Notes: a model not told the origin generated them from the letters alone. A DNA stretch of 64,000 bases from an uncultured Verrucomicrobiae bacterium (GCA_963762565.1 CAVXLD010000001.1:1441129-1505128), one strand, 5' to 3'. Shown: positions 49,472-59,950, counted from the stretch's first letter. Program-made: numbers and translations.

Positions 49472-52459
49472 TTACGGCGTCGGCGATCCTTTTTCTTTGC
49501 CCTTGCCTTTCTCCTTTTCCGGCGCCTCGGGTCTTTGACCCTGAGAAGCGGGGCCTTTGTTCTCCCGATTTTCGGGCTTGGGTGCGCCTTCTTCCTTCTT
49601 CACCGGTTCACCCTTTGGCTCGCGTTCTTGTTGCGGTTTGTTCTCCTTCGGCGCAGCCTCTTCTTTCCTCGCCGGCTCGCTCTTCGGGCTGCGCTCCTCT
49701 TTTGGTGGGTTCTCCTTTGGCGCCGCCTGCTCTTTTTTCGCGGGTTCGGTCTTCGGAGACCGCTCTTCCTTCGGTGGGTTGGCTACCTTGGGTGCTTCTT
49801 CTTTCTTGAAGGACTCACCCTTCGGCGAGCGTTCTTCTTTTGCCGGGTTCTCGGGCTTCGGACCGCCTTCCTCTTTTCGGATCGTTTCGTTCTTTGGTGA
49901 ACCTTCAGGCTTGAGCGCACCTTCTTGTTTCCGAATCGACTCGCTCCTCGGTGAAGCTTCAGGTTTCGTCGGTTCCTCCGGCTTCGGTGTTTCTATCTTT
50001 GGAGTGGTCGCCTCTTTTGGAGCTCGTTGACCCGTGGTTTTCTCTCCGACGCCAGCGCCAGGCGTGGGTTTGCTACCCTCATTACCAGGGCTCGGATTCT
50101 GGCCCGCTTTTTCCGGGTGCTGCTCGTTTTTGGGCGGCACGAAAGCACCAGCCTGAGGTGGTGTCTCTCTCCGCTCCGGTTGACCCGGCGCTGCCGGCGT
50201 CGCCGATGGCTGACCTCTGCCCCGTAACCTTTGTTCCGCGTTTCCTGGGGTTACCGCACTGTTGGGAGCGCTCCGACCTGGTAACGTTTTCTGGAAGTGT
50301 TGACCTCCCTGCTTCTGACTCCCGATCAGGTTCGGCGGCACCGTATTCCAGCCTCTACCCCCAGCACCTTCGGGTCGCTTGGCCGCCTGGGCCACCGTCG
50401 GTGTTGCCTGCGAACGTTGAGGTTGGCCTCCCGGAGGCGGGTTAAGATTCTTAGTTTCTCGAACAAATGTCGGCTTAGCCAGCGCCTGCTTCGGCGGTTG
50501 CTCTTTTGGTGGAGGATTCTGTTCGGCAAATTTCTTTCGCAGCTCTGCTTGCTCTGCCGGATTCACGTTCTTCCAGCCGTTGTCCACTTCCGCTTTGGCC
50601 AGACGCGTTTTCACTTGCGGTTCCACCTTCGAAACCGCTCGCAATTTTTCTGCGGGTGCGACTACTTGGAGCTCAGATCCTCGCACGGTCGCGCCATAGC
50701 CGGCCTGCCGATTGGAGCTAAAGACGACTTTGGTCGGTACAATTTTCTGGTTTGTCCATTGCCCAACCGTTTCCACCTTCGGACCGAAATTGTTGATGAT
50801 CGTGTTTTGAATCCGGATGTTGGTGATGTTCGTGGTCTGGCGGATGATTTGGATGTTCTGAGCTGGAGGCGCGATGACCCGCAAATAACTTGGCTGGTTC
50901 CAGCTCTTGACGTTGACGAAGCTGTAAGCAGCCGGCCCGATTCCATAATAACTATCAGCCCAACCTGAGATCCCCACATTGACGCTCAGCCCGGCATCCG
51001 GCGGTAGCGGCGCCCAACCGACATAGTCGTTGCTTTGACGCCACGAAACCCAAGCCGGCGCCCATTCGTTCCCCGGTACCCAGCACCAGCCTTGACCCTC
51101 GATCCGGACCCAGCGTCCATAGTGATACGTCGCCCAACCGAAACGTTCGTTCGAATACCAGAACCAGCCGCGATCAGTCCAAACCCAGTGGCCATCGCGA
51201 TAGGGACCCCAGTCACCACCTCGAGCAACGTGCGGGCAAAAGACGTACCCATAATCGCCCGTCTCGACCCAATCGCCGTCCTCCGAAAGTCGAGAATAGA
51301 AGACGCTGTAATCGTCGCGGCCGCCTTCTGATTGGGCTGCAGGTTGGGGCGCTTGAGGCTGAACTTGAGCTGGCGGGACCGCCCCTGCTTCTCCTTCCGG
51401 CACGGCTAAGAACGCAATTGTCCGGCCGTCCGTAGCGGTACCATACCCGGCGATCCAGCCGCGGTTGTTGAGTCCATAGGCCACGTCTAGCGAGGCGAAA
51501 CCGGAGCCACCTAGGTTACTAGCCAGCTTATCCAGCTCCAACATCTGGCCGTTGCTATAAACGAATGCCCGTTTCTGATCCGCGCTTTCGCTGTCTCCTA
51601 CCACCTCGCCCTGGTCATTGATGGCTCTGGCGAAACTTGCAGCGTCGAATCCGGGAAGAGTCCCCAAGTCGCGCGTTGAGTTTTTGCGATAAAGGAATGC
51701 GTGCGGCGTGCCTTTCGAAGTCTCGGCGTCACCGACCACTTCGCCGGATTTGTTAATGGCCAGCGCTTCACTGTTGGTCCCACCTAAAGTACCGATATCT
51801 TTGAGATCCCCGCCGGGCGACGCCAATACGAAGCCATGGATTTCGCCCTGATCCGTGTCGGTTCGGCCGGCCACCTGTCCTGCATCGTTAATTGCGTACG
51901 CAGTCCGGAACGCGTTCGAGTTTTGGGCAACATCGATGTTAAGATCTTTTACGCCGCCACCATCGAATAGCGCCGGTCGATGATCATCCGTCGCGTTCTG
52001 GCTGTCGCCTACAGCCTGCCCAGAATTATTTATCCCGAACGCTTCACTGCTGACACCACCATCAAGGGACCCCAGGGCTTTAATGCCGCCGTCTTTGGTG
52101 TAGATGAACGCGCTTAAATTCCCATTTGCATCCTGGCTATACCCAACGACTTGATCGGAGCTATTGATCGCACAGGCTGCATTCATTTGGCCCCCGAGAG
52201 ACCCGACTTCGCTTGAGGACCCGTTATTTTGGGAATAGAGGAACGCTTGATACTGGTCGCCCTGAAAACTGTACCCGACAACGTTGCCACTATCGTTCAA
52301 ACCAAGAGCTGAGCTGTCGTAACCCGCCGGGGTGGGCAAACCGATAATTTTATAGTGATCCTGGGCTGAGACCGGCGCGATGAGCGCCAAGGTCAGCGCG
52401 AAGCAAAGCCCGGCTTCCCGAGCGGAATTGAGCAAATAGTGAAGGCGAGAAGGGTGCAT
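49472..52459 (-). CDS. Secreted protein: HAF-repeat propeller, DUF6600-like Trp-rich domain, long Pro/Lys/Glu tail
   Basis: Signal peptide; repeated LG.LGG..SEA..IN..G.VVG / HAFLY; PYRDGHWVWTDRGW, WATYHYGRW, WCWVPGNEWAPAWVSW; about 23-aa PKEERSPK repeats. Confidence 0.85.
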   Translation of the reverse strand: MHPSRLHYLLNSAREAGLCFALTLALIAPVSAQDHYKIIGLPTPAGYDSSALGLNDSGNVVGYSFQGDQYQAFLYSQNNGSSSEVGSLGGQMNAACAINSSDQVVGYSQDANGNLSAFIYTKDGGIKALGSLDGGVSSEAFGINNSGQAVGDSQNATDDHRPALFDGGGVKDLNIDVAQNSNAFRTAYAINDAGQVAGRTDTDQGEIHGFVLASPGGDLKDIGTLGGTNSEALAINKSGEVVGDAETSKGTPHAFLYRKNSTRDLGTLPGFDAASFARAINDQGEVVGDSESADQKRAFVYSNGQMLELDKLASNLGGSGFASLDVAYGLNNRGWIAGYGTATDGRTIAFLAVPEGEAGAVPPAQVQPQAPQPAAQSEGGRDDYSVFYSRLSEDGDWVETGDYGYVFCPHVARGGDWGPYRDGHWVWTDRGWFWYSNERFGWATYHYGRWVRIEGQGWCWVPGNEWAPAWVSWRQSNDYVGWAPLPPDAGLSVNVGISGWADSYYGIGPAAYSFVNVKSWNQPSYLRVIAPPAQNIQIIRQTTNITNIRIQNTIINNFGPKVETVGQWTNQKIVPTKVVFSSNRQAGYGATVRGSELQVVAPAEKLRAVSKVEPQVKTRLAKAEVDNGWKNVNPAEQAELRKKFAEQNPPPKEQPPKQALAKPTFVRETKNLNPPPGGQPQRSQATPTVAQAAKRPEGAGGRGWNTVPPNLIGSQKQGGQHFQKTLPGRSAPNSAVTPGNAEQRLRGRGQPSATPAAPGQPERRETPPQAGAFVPPKNEQHPEKAGQNPSPGNEGSKPTPGAGVGEKTTGQRAPKEATTPKIETPKPEEPTKPEASPRSESIRKQEGALKPEGSPKNETIRKEEGGPKPENPAKEERSPKGESFKKEEAPKVANPPKEERSPKTEPAKKEQAAPKENPPKEERSPKSEPARKEEAAPKENKPQQEREPKGEPVKKEEGAPKPENRENKGPASQGQRPEAPEKEKGKGKEKGSPTP

Positions 52460-52652
52460 AACGACGACAAGAAACAGATCGAAGGGTTAGAAACTAAAGT
52501 CGCGCATCGAGCTGGATCGATGCACTTGTTCTGTGACAGACATCTGAGCCTTTAGACTCCTGGACGTCCGTTTTTCTTCAACCGATTCCTGGGGGAGGGC
52601 GAGCCAGGCGAGGCGCTTTTCGTTCTCCCGACTTCGCTCAGTGACAGAGCTG

Positions 52653-52838
52653 TCAACTGCGCCGACTTTTACCTTGGCCCGTATCAATCGGTGCTCCAAG
52701 ACCAAAATCCGGCTGCACCTCTTCGCCGGGCTGACATTCCAATCGGTAAATTCGCTCCCGGCGCGTTGGTCTCAGCTTGCGCACAAAACGCTTCACCGAC
52801 TCGTAAGAATCACTGAACCCGTTTTCCTCAACCAGGTC
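52653..52838 (-). pseudogene. IS21-family transposase (IstA) fragment
   Basis: DLVEENGFSDSYESVKRFVRKL...RLECQPGEEVQPDFG matches the IstA region before the DDE core; truncated at both ends. Confidence 0.85.
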
Positions 52839-52949
52839 AACCGACGAGCGCCCTGGATTATCTACTCCCTGGGACCGCAATGGAAAGTGCGTAAAGTCGT
52901 GATAAGCAGATGCACCGATGAGCAACGGACTTCATACGCTTAAGGGGGC

Positions 52950-53072
52950 TTACATTTCCTGATGCTTAAGGACGAATTCGACTTCGTGGCTCATCCCGGC
53001 GTAGAGCCACGTGGACAGCCAAACGGCACCTGCCAATATCAAGACCAGAACGGCGAATTGCCAGATTTTCAT
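52950..53072 (-). CDS. 40-aa single-TM small protein, copy 1
   Basis: MKIWQFAVLVLILAGAVWLSTWLYAGMSHEVEFVLKHQEM; paralog at 53702. Confidence 0.7.
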   Translation of the reverse strand: MKIWQFAVLVLILAGAVWLSTWLYAGMSHEVEFVLKHQEM

Positions 53073-53219
53073 CGCTTCCATTGAAACCCCCAGCGAATTC
53101 ACCATGCCTTGAAGCGATTTCAAGCAGATGTTCGCTAGGTGACGGAAAATTAACAGTCCCCATTGGGGTCGGATCTTCAGAGCTAAGCCACCGCAGGACG
53201 TTGTCGTCCCGCTTCCAGC

Positions 53220-53435
53220 ATCGCCGGCGGAGGTCGCAATACTCCAGCGTTCGTCGCCATCACGCCAGACGGCGCAAGTGTCTTTGTGAGTAAAGATGCT
53301 CACAACACTATTTCGGTTATTTCCACCCAAACGCTGACAGTAACGAATACCATTAAGGTGGGCAAAGGGCCTGCGGGTCTGGCTGTTAGCCCCGATGAAT
53401 CCCAGCTTTACGTTATCGCTCGAAACGGATGTTAG
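53220..53435 (+). pseudogene. YVTN/YncE beta-propeller fragment
   Basis: Manual translation VAITPDGASVFVSKDAHNTISVISTQTLTVTNTIKVGKGPAGLAVSPDESQLYV; no start codon found. Confidence 0.75.
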
Positions 53436-53701
53436 TCTTTCAAAGATCGTCGAGCGGATCATTCTCGGACCATCGTTGTCATCACCACTGGCGCGCGGTA
53501 CCGTCCTAAGGATGCTGGAGGCACTTGGTAGACCAGAACTCAAGGATCGCCTTAAGTCTTCAAGCATCCCGTCCGGGCAGGCGGAGGCGCCTATCGCGTC
53601 TTCTTCAATGGGGACCGTGAATTTTCCGTAACCTGGCGAATATCTGCTTGAAATCGCGTCAAGGCGTGATGAATTCGCCAGGATTTTTAGGGAGGGAAGC
53701 G

Positions 53702-53848
53702 ATGAAAATTTGGCAATTCGCTGTTCTGGTCTTGATTTTGGCATGTGGAATTTGGTTGGCCACATGGTTCTATAACGGAATGAGCCACGAAGCCGAGTTC
53801 GGGCTCAAGCATCAGGAGATGGAAACCCCGCAAAGGGTCGGATCTTAA
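53702..53848 (+). CDS. 48-aa single-TM small protein, copy 2
   Basis: MKIWQFAVLVLILACGIWLATWFYNGMSHEAEFGLKHQEMETPQRVGS; GGAGG upstream. Confidence 0.7.
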   Translation: MKIWQFAVLVLILACGIWLATWFYNGMSHEAEFGLKHQEMETPQRVGS

Positions 53849-53857
53849 TAAAGCAGA

Positions 53858-53885
53858 GGCCGCTCTAGAAAAGACTAGAGCGGCC
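53858..53885. terminator. Hairpin between convergent genes
   Basis: GGCCGCTCTAG-AAAAGA-CTAGAGCGGCC. Confidence 0.55.
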
Positions 53886-53922
53886 GTTCAGCCTTAGGCT
53901 CAGTTGTCGAGACGAATGCGGG

Positions 53923-55320
53923 TTAGCTACCCGGAACTGGGATCACGATTACCTGAGACCCGCCGTCGTTAACGTACGGTATGACGTCATAGGTTGGATA
54001 CGGGTCGACCGTGACGACGCACTGTTGCTGACCGTTATCTTCGTTCAGGTCACTGATAGAGTCTAATTTAACGAGGGTCGTTAACCGCGATTTACCTGCT
54101 GGGATCACAACTTGTACCAAGTGGCTCATTGTGGATGGATCCGTTTTCGCATGATCGGTAACTCTGAGATAAACCGTGAGAGCCTGACTGATGTCGCCTG
54201 TTCGATCAATTATGAAGGTGGTTGACACTTCTTTAGACGAATAAACTAAAGGCGACGTTCCCCGTTGTAAACGTATCTGGGGTAAGGCCGGGACGAAGAG
54301 AGCTCCGTGCGGACTCATAAAACCAGTCACGATCGGGATCACTTTACCGGTAACTAGGTCAGTTCTGACCAGGGTACCGTCACTGTTGCTGGCCGAAAAA
54401 GCGGCGTTAGGTGGGACCGCATTGCTGGTCACCGCATACACTGTGTTCGCGCTGGTATCAGCGACGTAGATGGTGCCGTGAGTTGCTGAAGGAAAGACGG
54501 TGTCGTCCACCATTACCTGATTCGCTGTGCCATCGCTGAGATGCAAGCGGAAGCCTACCTGATTAGGAAAACCGGGTCCCCTGAGGAAAATGAGATCGCC
54601 ATCGTTTTGGCTATCGAGTACCAAATCACCCGAAGGATCAAGTGTCAGGGAGTCGGGATCAGACTGCGGTGACACAGTCGGCTTACCGGTCGTGACGTCG
54701 GTCAAGGTCGCATTTCCTAGAAGCACGGGTGCAACGTAAATCTTATTTCCAACGATGGTTGCTTTGACGATTGATGGATAGATGTTTTGGCCCTGAGCAT
54801 TGAGTTTAGGGTTGGATGCGCTCAGGAACGCCTGGTCATTGACGAAGACCACATCGTCGTAGCCGCCCCCATGAAGGGGGGCATTCGCGTAAACATAATT
54901 CTTCAACGTCCCGCTGGGGAAATCAATGCGTGTGAGCGCGGGGTTGCCATCCTGGTTTCGAAGCGCCCAAAGACTGGTATCGAACGGATTGTATTTAAGA
55001 CCGTCGTTTGAACCGGCGATTTCGTAAGTCCGGATAGGCGTGCCGGTGGAGGAATATTGAATGATGTTACTGTTCCCGGAGCTGCCATCCGGTGCGGCAT
55101 TATTAGTATAGGATACAAAGATATAACCGAGGTGTTCGGCGATCGAATCGGGATTGGTGAACGCGGCAGGAGGCGGTGCAAACACTGAAACGCTATAGTC
55201 CGGATTGACCGAGGTCGGGGCGGCTCGGAGTTGCTGGTAGGACACAGCTGATAGAGCTGCCAAGCATAGAACCGAGGAGATGATTCTGGTTCTGGCGTAT
55301 GGAACCTTCTGTGTTTTCAT
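53923..55320 (-). CDS. Secreted beta-propeller-like protein with C-terminal Calx-beta/Ig-like domain
   Basis: Signal peptide; NPDSI, NDGL, DPDSL, SPHG blades; RTGDISQALTVY..VVIPAGKS. Confidence 0.75.
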   Translation of the reverse strand: MKTQKVPYARTRIISSVLCLAALSAVSYQQLRAAPTSVNPDYSVSVFAPPPAAFTNPDSIAEHLGYIFVSYTNNAAPDGSSGNSNIIQYSSTGTPIRTYEIAGSNDGLKYNPFDTSLWALRNQDGNPALTRIDFPSGTLKNYVYANAPLHGGGYDDVVFVNDQAFLSASNPKLNAQGQNIYPSIVKATIVGNKIYVAPVLLGNATLTDVTTGKPTVSPQSDPDSLTLDPSGDLVLDSQNDGDLIFLRGPGFPNQVGFRLHLSDGTANQVMVDDTVFPSATHGTIYVADTSANTVYAVTSNAVPPNAAFSASNSDGTLVRTDLVTGKVIPIVTGFMSPHGALFVPALPQIRLQRGTSPLVYSSKEVSTTFIIDRTGDISQALTVYLRVTDHAKTDPSTMSHLVQVVIPAGKSRLTTLVKLDSISDLNEDNGQQQCVVTVDPYPTYDVIPYVNDGGSQVIVIPVPGS

Positions 55321-55704
55321 AGAGCTAGATTAGGTGTGAGGTTGCCGGCGTTTGGCCTTGGCGGGAGCAGTCGAAGATCCCTAGCATCAACAACACCTAT
55401 TCCCGCCTAAACAGGCGAGCCGACAACGACAGCTACTACTAAATCACCTGAATTACAGAAAATCTAGTATTTGTGGCATTTTTAGCGTAAAATTTGCGTA
55501 ACACGAGGCCGCCTTATTGAGCTGGGCGATGCATTCCAAAAGACATGGTCGCTAGTCGGAGATCGAGTGTCAGTGAATAGACTAGCGCGGCGTTGCCAGG
55601 GATTTACCCGGGCAATTAACACTACTATTATGGTCGCGTATTAGTTGCTAGAACGTGGATCGTTAATCCAATCGTGGAAGTAGTGTTCCGATTTGCCGGA
55701 CGCC

Positions 55705-56187
55705 ATGAAGAAACTAATTGTCACGGCGGCAGCGATTCTTTCCTTAGTCCTCCCTGTCCGGGCGGCGGACATGGAGACCTATGGACCGGACAACCCAAGC
55801 GGGACTAAAACGGGGTACATGGTCAGCAAAGTCGATGGCAAAAGGCGCCGCATTACGATCGCCAATTTTGGGATCGAAGACGCTCAACCAGGGCGGCAGT
55901 TCGGTCAATATCTTGCGAGCGCCGGATATAATTCAGGGCAAGCGGAAGCCGAAAGTTGGCAAGAAGCGTGGCACCGCTACCCGGACGATAGGTTTTTTCC
56001 ACGCTGTTTTGCTCAAGAAGCCAAGAATGCGTACATGCAAGCGACAGAAAAGATCCCTAGAATCAGCACCCTGGAAGAATACAATCAGCTAACACCAGGA
56101 GCACTCTTTCGGTGGAGCGAGGGGAAGTTATACCGCGCCCACGTGAAGCCTGCACGCACCACTGCCTCGCCTGCTGCTAATCCTTGA
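55705..56187 (+). CDS. Hypothetical secreted protein
   Basis: MKKLIVTAAAILSLVLPVRA signal peptide. Confidence 0.65.
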   Translation: MKKLIVTAAAILSLVLPVRAADMETYGPDNPSGTKTGYMVSKVDGKRRRITIANFGIEDAQPGRQFGQYLASAGYNSGQAEAESWQEAWHRYPDDRFFPRCFAQEAKNAYMQATEKIPRISTLEEYNQLTPGALFRWSEGKLYRAHVKPARTTASPAANP

Positions 56188-56898
56188 GGACAACAAAACG
56201 ACGCACTCGGCCAGGCACAGGTTTGGCTTCCTCCACGCAAAACTGCGATAGTCCGTGTTCCTGGAACAAGTGGTTCAAAGCGCCCTTGGTGAGAAGGGTT
56301 AGCCCCTCAATGTTTCGTCTTGGCAGAACAAAACTAACGGCAACCCAAGCAGGGGACCGTCTTCGCGGCATGTCGCGCGGTGACCGCTCGCGAGCCGCCG
56401 GGGCGCGATAGGAGTTTTTGTCGATCTCCTTCGGATCGAGCTTCGGCCGCTGGGCCCTCTGCTCAGCTCGCTCCTTACGAGTCAGGGGAATCGCAATCGT
56501 ATCCCGAGCGATTGCGTTACCTAGACGCTGAAGCCCTTAGTGTTCGTGCATGCGATCTCTCGAATCTTTGTAATCCACCAGCGTCGTTAGAAGAAGCCAG
56601 CGTTGCCTCAGCCGTCTGCGACATTGCTCGTGCCGGTTTCGCACGCGTCGCTGGCGTGAAACTTTGGAGCCGAACCGGATCCTTGCCGGAGGACGATGTC
56701 ATGGTGTGCCTTTAGGATAAGATTCCGAATTCATAGGCGTTCCGGGCCGTTGATTCCACGCCGAAATTCGTCGCCATCCTTCCATTGCTTGATCGTCAAG
56801 ATATTTCGCCGCTCCAGTTGCCGATCGAGCTACTTGCGGAAAGCACGCCCTATGCCGTTTCAAGATCAGGATCTCACCCAGTGGCGGCATTAAATCCC

Positions 56899-58008
56899 CT
56901 ACTGCGATATATCGATCACCGTCACCGTTCCGTCATTGGAATTGGCAACGTAGAGGGTCTTTCCGTCGGGGGAGCTTTGTGCCCAAGCAGGGTAATTACC
57001 CACGGTGATCAGTTTTCCGAGAACTTTTCCGGCTCTAACATCAATCATCCCGACCTGGTTGTTAGGTCTGGTCGATCGTAAGTTGTACGAGTATGGCACG
57101 TACAAGAACCTTCCATTTGGCGTCAACGCAGGCTGCCCCAAGCGTAAGGTGGCGTAGATGCCCGGCACGGCTAAAATTTTTCGGGTTATCACTCCATCGG
57201 CGGCGTTGCACACCGCCAGATAATTCTCCTGATCCGTGATATACAGTTCGGTGGAGCGGGTATTGCTGACCATTCCATAAGGATAAAAGATGTCTCCCGC
57301 CGCGCCGACGGAAGTAGAAACTCCACCGGTCGCCGTATCGATGAATTGGACGAACCCGGTTCCGACGGAATTAAGTATATCGGCTTGTTTTCCGTTCCTA
57401 GTAAAGAGCACCGCAATTGGCGCTCCCTTACTGTCGATCCTTTGCTTGAGCTTGTTGGTGGCGGTGTCAAACACGGAAACGGCGCCCTTAATTCCACGGG
57501 CTTGGTCGCCGAAATCCGTCACATAAAGCTCTGTTCCGTCCGGTGTCACCGCTAACCCCTGCGGTGATCTACCAGCGTCGAGTGTTGCCGTGATCGGATA
57601 GTTGGGCTGCGTTGTATCGATCACTGAAACGGTCCCAAACCCAGTAGCATTGGAAACATACAAGGTTTTCCCATCTCCACTGAGTGTTAGATAATAATCA
57701 GCATACAGACCCGCGATGGTTGCCTTGACGTTGTAGTTATTGGTGGCGTCAATCACGGTCACATTATTGGATATTCCATTAGCGACGTACACCGTGCCGC
57801 TATCGGGACTGACGGTGATACAAACCGCATCCGGCTGTGTGGTCACGGTTGCGATCACTTTATTTATTGGAACACCGACGTTGGCGGCCGAGGCCGGTTC
57901 CGTCTGAGCTAGGCAGGAGGAGACAACCATCAGGAGCATATCCAACGTCAACATCGGCAAAGCCCATCGACGAGCCGTCGGTACAAATAGAATCGGTTTA
58001 GCAAGCAT
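56899..58008 (-). CDS. YncE/YVTN-repeat beta-propeller protein
   Basis: Repeated SPDG..LYV.N...TVSVID blades. Confidence 0.9.
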   Translation of the reverse strand: MLAKPILFVPTARRWALPMLTLDMLLMVVSSCLAQTEPASAANVGVPINKVIATVTTQPDAVCITVSPDSGTVYVANGISNNVTVIDATNNYNVKATIAGLYADYYLTLSGDGKTLYVSNATGFGTVSVIDTTQPNYPITATLDAGRSPQGLAVTPDGTELYVTDFGDQARGIKGAVSVFDTATNKLKQRIDSKGAPIAVLFTRNGKQADILNSVGTGFVQFIDTATGGVSTSVGAAGDIFYPYGMVSNTRSTELYITDQENYLAVCNAADGVITRKILAVPGIYATLRLGQPALTPNGRFLYVPYSYNLRSTRPNNQVGMIDVRAGKVLGKLITVGNYPAWAQSSPDGKTLYVANSNDGTVTVIDISQ

Positions 58009-58159
58009 ACTATTGTCGTCAGGACAGATCGGTTCAGCTCTCCTTCGCTAACCGATGGTTTAAAGGCGTTCCGTTTCCCGGTCCTCGCTAGATATGCCGG
58101 TTGGCTACGGGGCTCGCTTCGTCAATGCCCCGATGCGGTACTACATGCAATTGACAAGC

Positions 58160-59230
58160 TCACTCGCTAATATCGACCACCGAAACCGTGTCGTCGGCTT
58201 CATTGCTTACATACAGATAATGGCCATCCGGAGTCGGCGCCAGATACATCGGGAAGGCACCTACCTTGATCGGGGAACCCACCACTTTTTTGGAGGCAGT
58301 ATCTACCATGGTCACCGTGCCTCGGTACGTATCCGGCACGTACAAAAACTTCCCGTTCGGGGTAACAACTGGATTATAGATCTGCCGCTCCGTCGTTTCT
58401 CCAGGGAAGATGTGAATTTTCTTCTCTAACGAACCATCCGCCGCGTTAAAGGCCAAAACGAAAGTAAACGGGTTCGACGCGTACAAAGTGCTTCCATCCG
58501 GGCTAATGGTGAGTCCAGTGGGCTGCCCGGTGAAATCCGCGGACCCAATTCCGGTCTGTACGATCGTCTGCGAGGCAGTGTCGATCTTACAAATATACCC
58601 GTGGCCCATCCCACGCAGACTTAGCGCATAAACGTATTTTCCGTCCGGGGAGAAACGGACTTCCTCGGGATCACCACCCGGTTTGAATACGTTTAGGAGC
58701 ACTAACGAATTCGTATTAATGATGGAGATAAATCCGCCATAAAACGGGTAACCGGAACTAGCAACGTAAAGCTGTTTGCCATCCGGGCTGACCGCGAGAC
58801 CCTCCGGAAAATAGGAAATCACGTTGAACTTGTAGAGCACGGTCTTGTTTATGGTGGAAATGACAGACACCGAGTGACTACCGGTGTTGCTGACATAGGC
58901 GAGTCCGCCGTCCGGACTAATCGCCACGTGGGTTGGCGTGTTCCCTACCGGAATCGTTGCGATTACGCTGTTAGTCGACGTCTGTATTACTGAGATGGTG
59001 TAACTATGCGAATTAGGGACGTAAACTTCATCCCCTTTCGGAGTTGTGGCCAAGCTCAAAGGGAAGACCCCGACCGACACAGTTGCGACTACCTTGTTCT
59101 TAGGCAGACTATTTTGAGGCGTTAGACGTTCTGCCGGTTCCTGGCCTGCACCGGGCGATACTAGGAGAGCACTGGCGCCGATTACTGTAAAAGCCAGTAC
59201 GGGTAGTGCCGGATTTCTGAGCTTTCTCAT
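58160..59230 (-). CDS. YncE/YVTN-repeat beta-propeller protein
   Basis: Signal peptide; repeated SPDG..LYV blades; paralog of 56899-58008. Confidence 0.9.
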   Translation of the reverse strand: MRKLRNPALPVLAFTVIGASALLVSPGAGQEPAERLTPQNSLPKNKVVATVSVGVFPLSLATTPKGDEVYVPNSHSYTISVIQTSTNSVIATIPVGNTPTHVAISPDGGLAYVSNTGSHSVSVISTINKTVLYKFNVISYFPEGLAVSPDGKQLYVASSGYPFYGGFISIINTNSLVLLNVFKPGGDPEEVRFSPDGKYVYALSLRGMGHGYICKIDTASQTIVQTGIGSADFTGQPTGLTISPDGSTLYASNPFTFVLAFNAADGSLEKKIHIFPGETTERQIYNPVVTPNGKFLYVPDTYRGTVTMVDTASKKVVGSPIKVGAFPMYLAPTPDGHYLYVSNEADDTVSVVDISE

Positions 59231-59395
59231 AGGCGAGAGTTTCTAACCGGATGGTTGAGATCGATTTAGGAGCAAACACTAACGCGACCTGGTTCGTCGC
59301 ATTTGTAGTGAAAGTGGTAGTCTACTCGTTTCCTATCGTCAAGTTAATGTCCTGTTACCTTAGGTGAGCAGTCAGCTGGTTTTAGGATTCTGACA

Positions 59396-59950
59396 TTGGC
59401 GACCTCCGAGACCCGCCGTAGCGCCGAAGCAGCACTCGCCCGAACGCTTCAAGCGCTTGTTCGCGCCGTTCATCTGAAAAACGGTGCCCTCCAGGTTTGC
59501 TGGCTGATGCCTCCAGGAGCCCTCAGCGAACACCCACCCCGTGATGAGTTTAAGCCCGGCGAAGATCCTGAAGAACGGTCCAAGAAAACGCTCAAATACA
59601 TCGAGCTGCCAGAAGAAGTGCGCTGGGGCGACTACGGATTCCACGAACTCGTCGCCCGCGGTCTGGCCCGCTCCGCAATGTTCCATATGGAACAGAAGCG
59701 GCTGCTGCTCGAGTACCTGACGCCAGCTGAGATCGCGGAGTTCGATGTACCGATCAACTGGAAACTGGTTGACTCAAAAGGGGGGGATCCAAAGTTCGGG
59801 GCACCGAAGCGCATAGCCTACCGGCGGTTTGCCGAAAGCAAGGGGATCGATCCGGATAATGAGGAGGCAGTGAGCGAATGCATTCCGCAACGAGGTGTGG
59901 CGACGATTCCAGGAGAAGGAAGAAATGTGGACACAGGCAAAGGCGACTGA
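59396..59950 (+). CDS. Hypothetical protein
   Basis: 184-aa ORF with no recognisable motif; start uncertain. Confidence 0.5.
   Translation: MATSETRRSAEAALARTLQALVRAVHLKNGALQVCWLMPPGALSEHPPRDEFKPGEDPEERSKKTLKYIELPEEVRWGDYGFHELVARGLARSAMFHMEQKRLLLEYLTPAEIAEFDVPINWKLVDSKGGDPKFGAPKRIAYRRFAESKGIDPDNEEAVSECIPQRGVATIPGEGRNVDTGKGD

Noticed and set aside
49535..51331. Multiple plus-strand ORFs
   Set aside because: Antisense shadows of the repetitive 995-aa gene.
52950..53765. 271-aa ORF on the minus strand
   Set aside because: Appears to be chance read-through: antisense of copy 2 and of the YVTN fragment, joined to the 40-aa gene.
56184..56893. Short overlapping ORFs in the island
   Set aside because: No motif, ribosome-binding site or coding signal that I can support.
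58047..58106. Possible integron attC site between the YVTN genes
   Set aside because: AAC/GTT ends are present, but internal pairing is poor and there is no integron integrase in the window.
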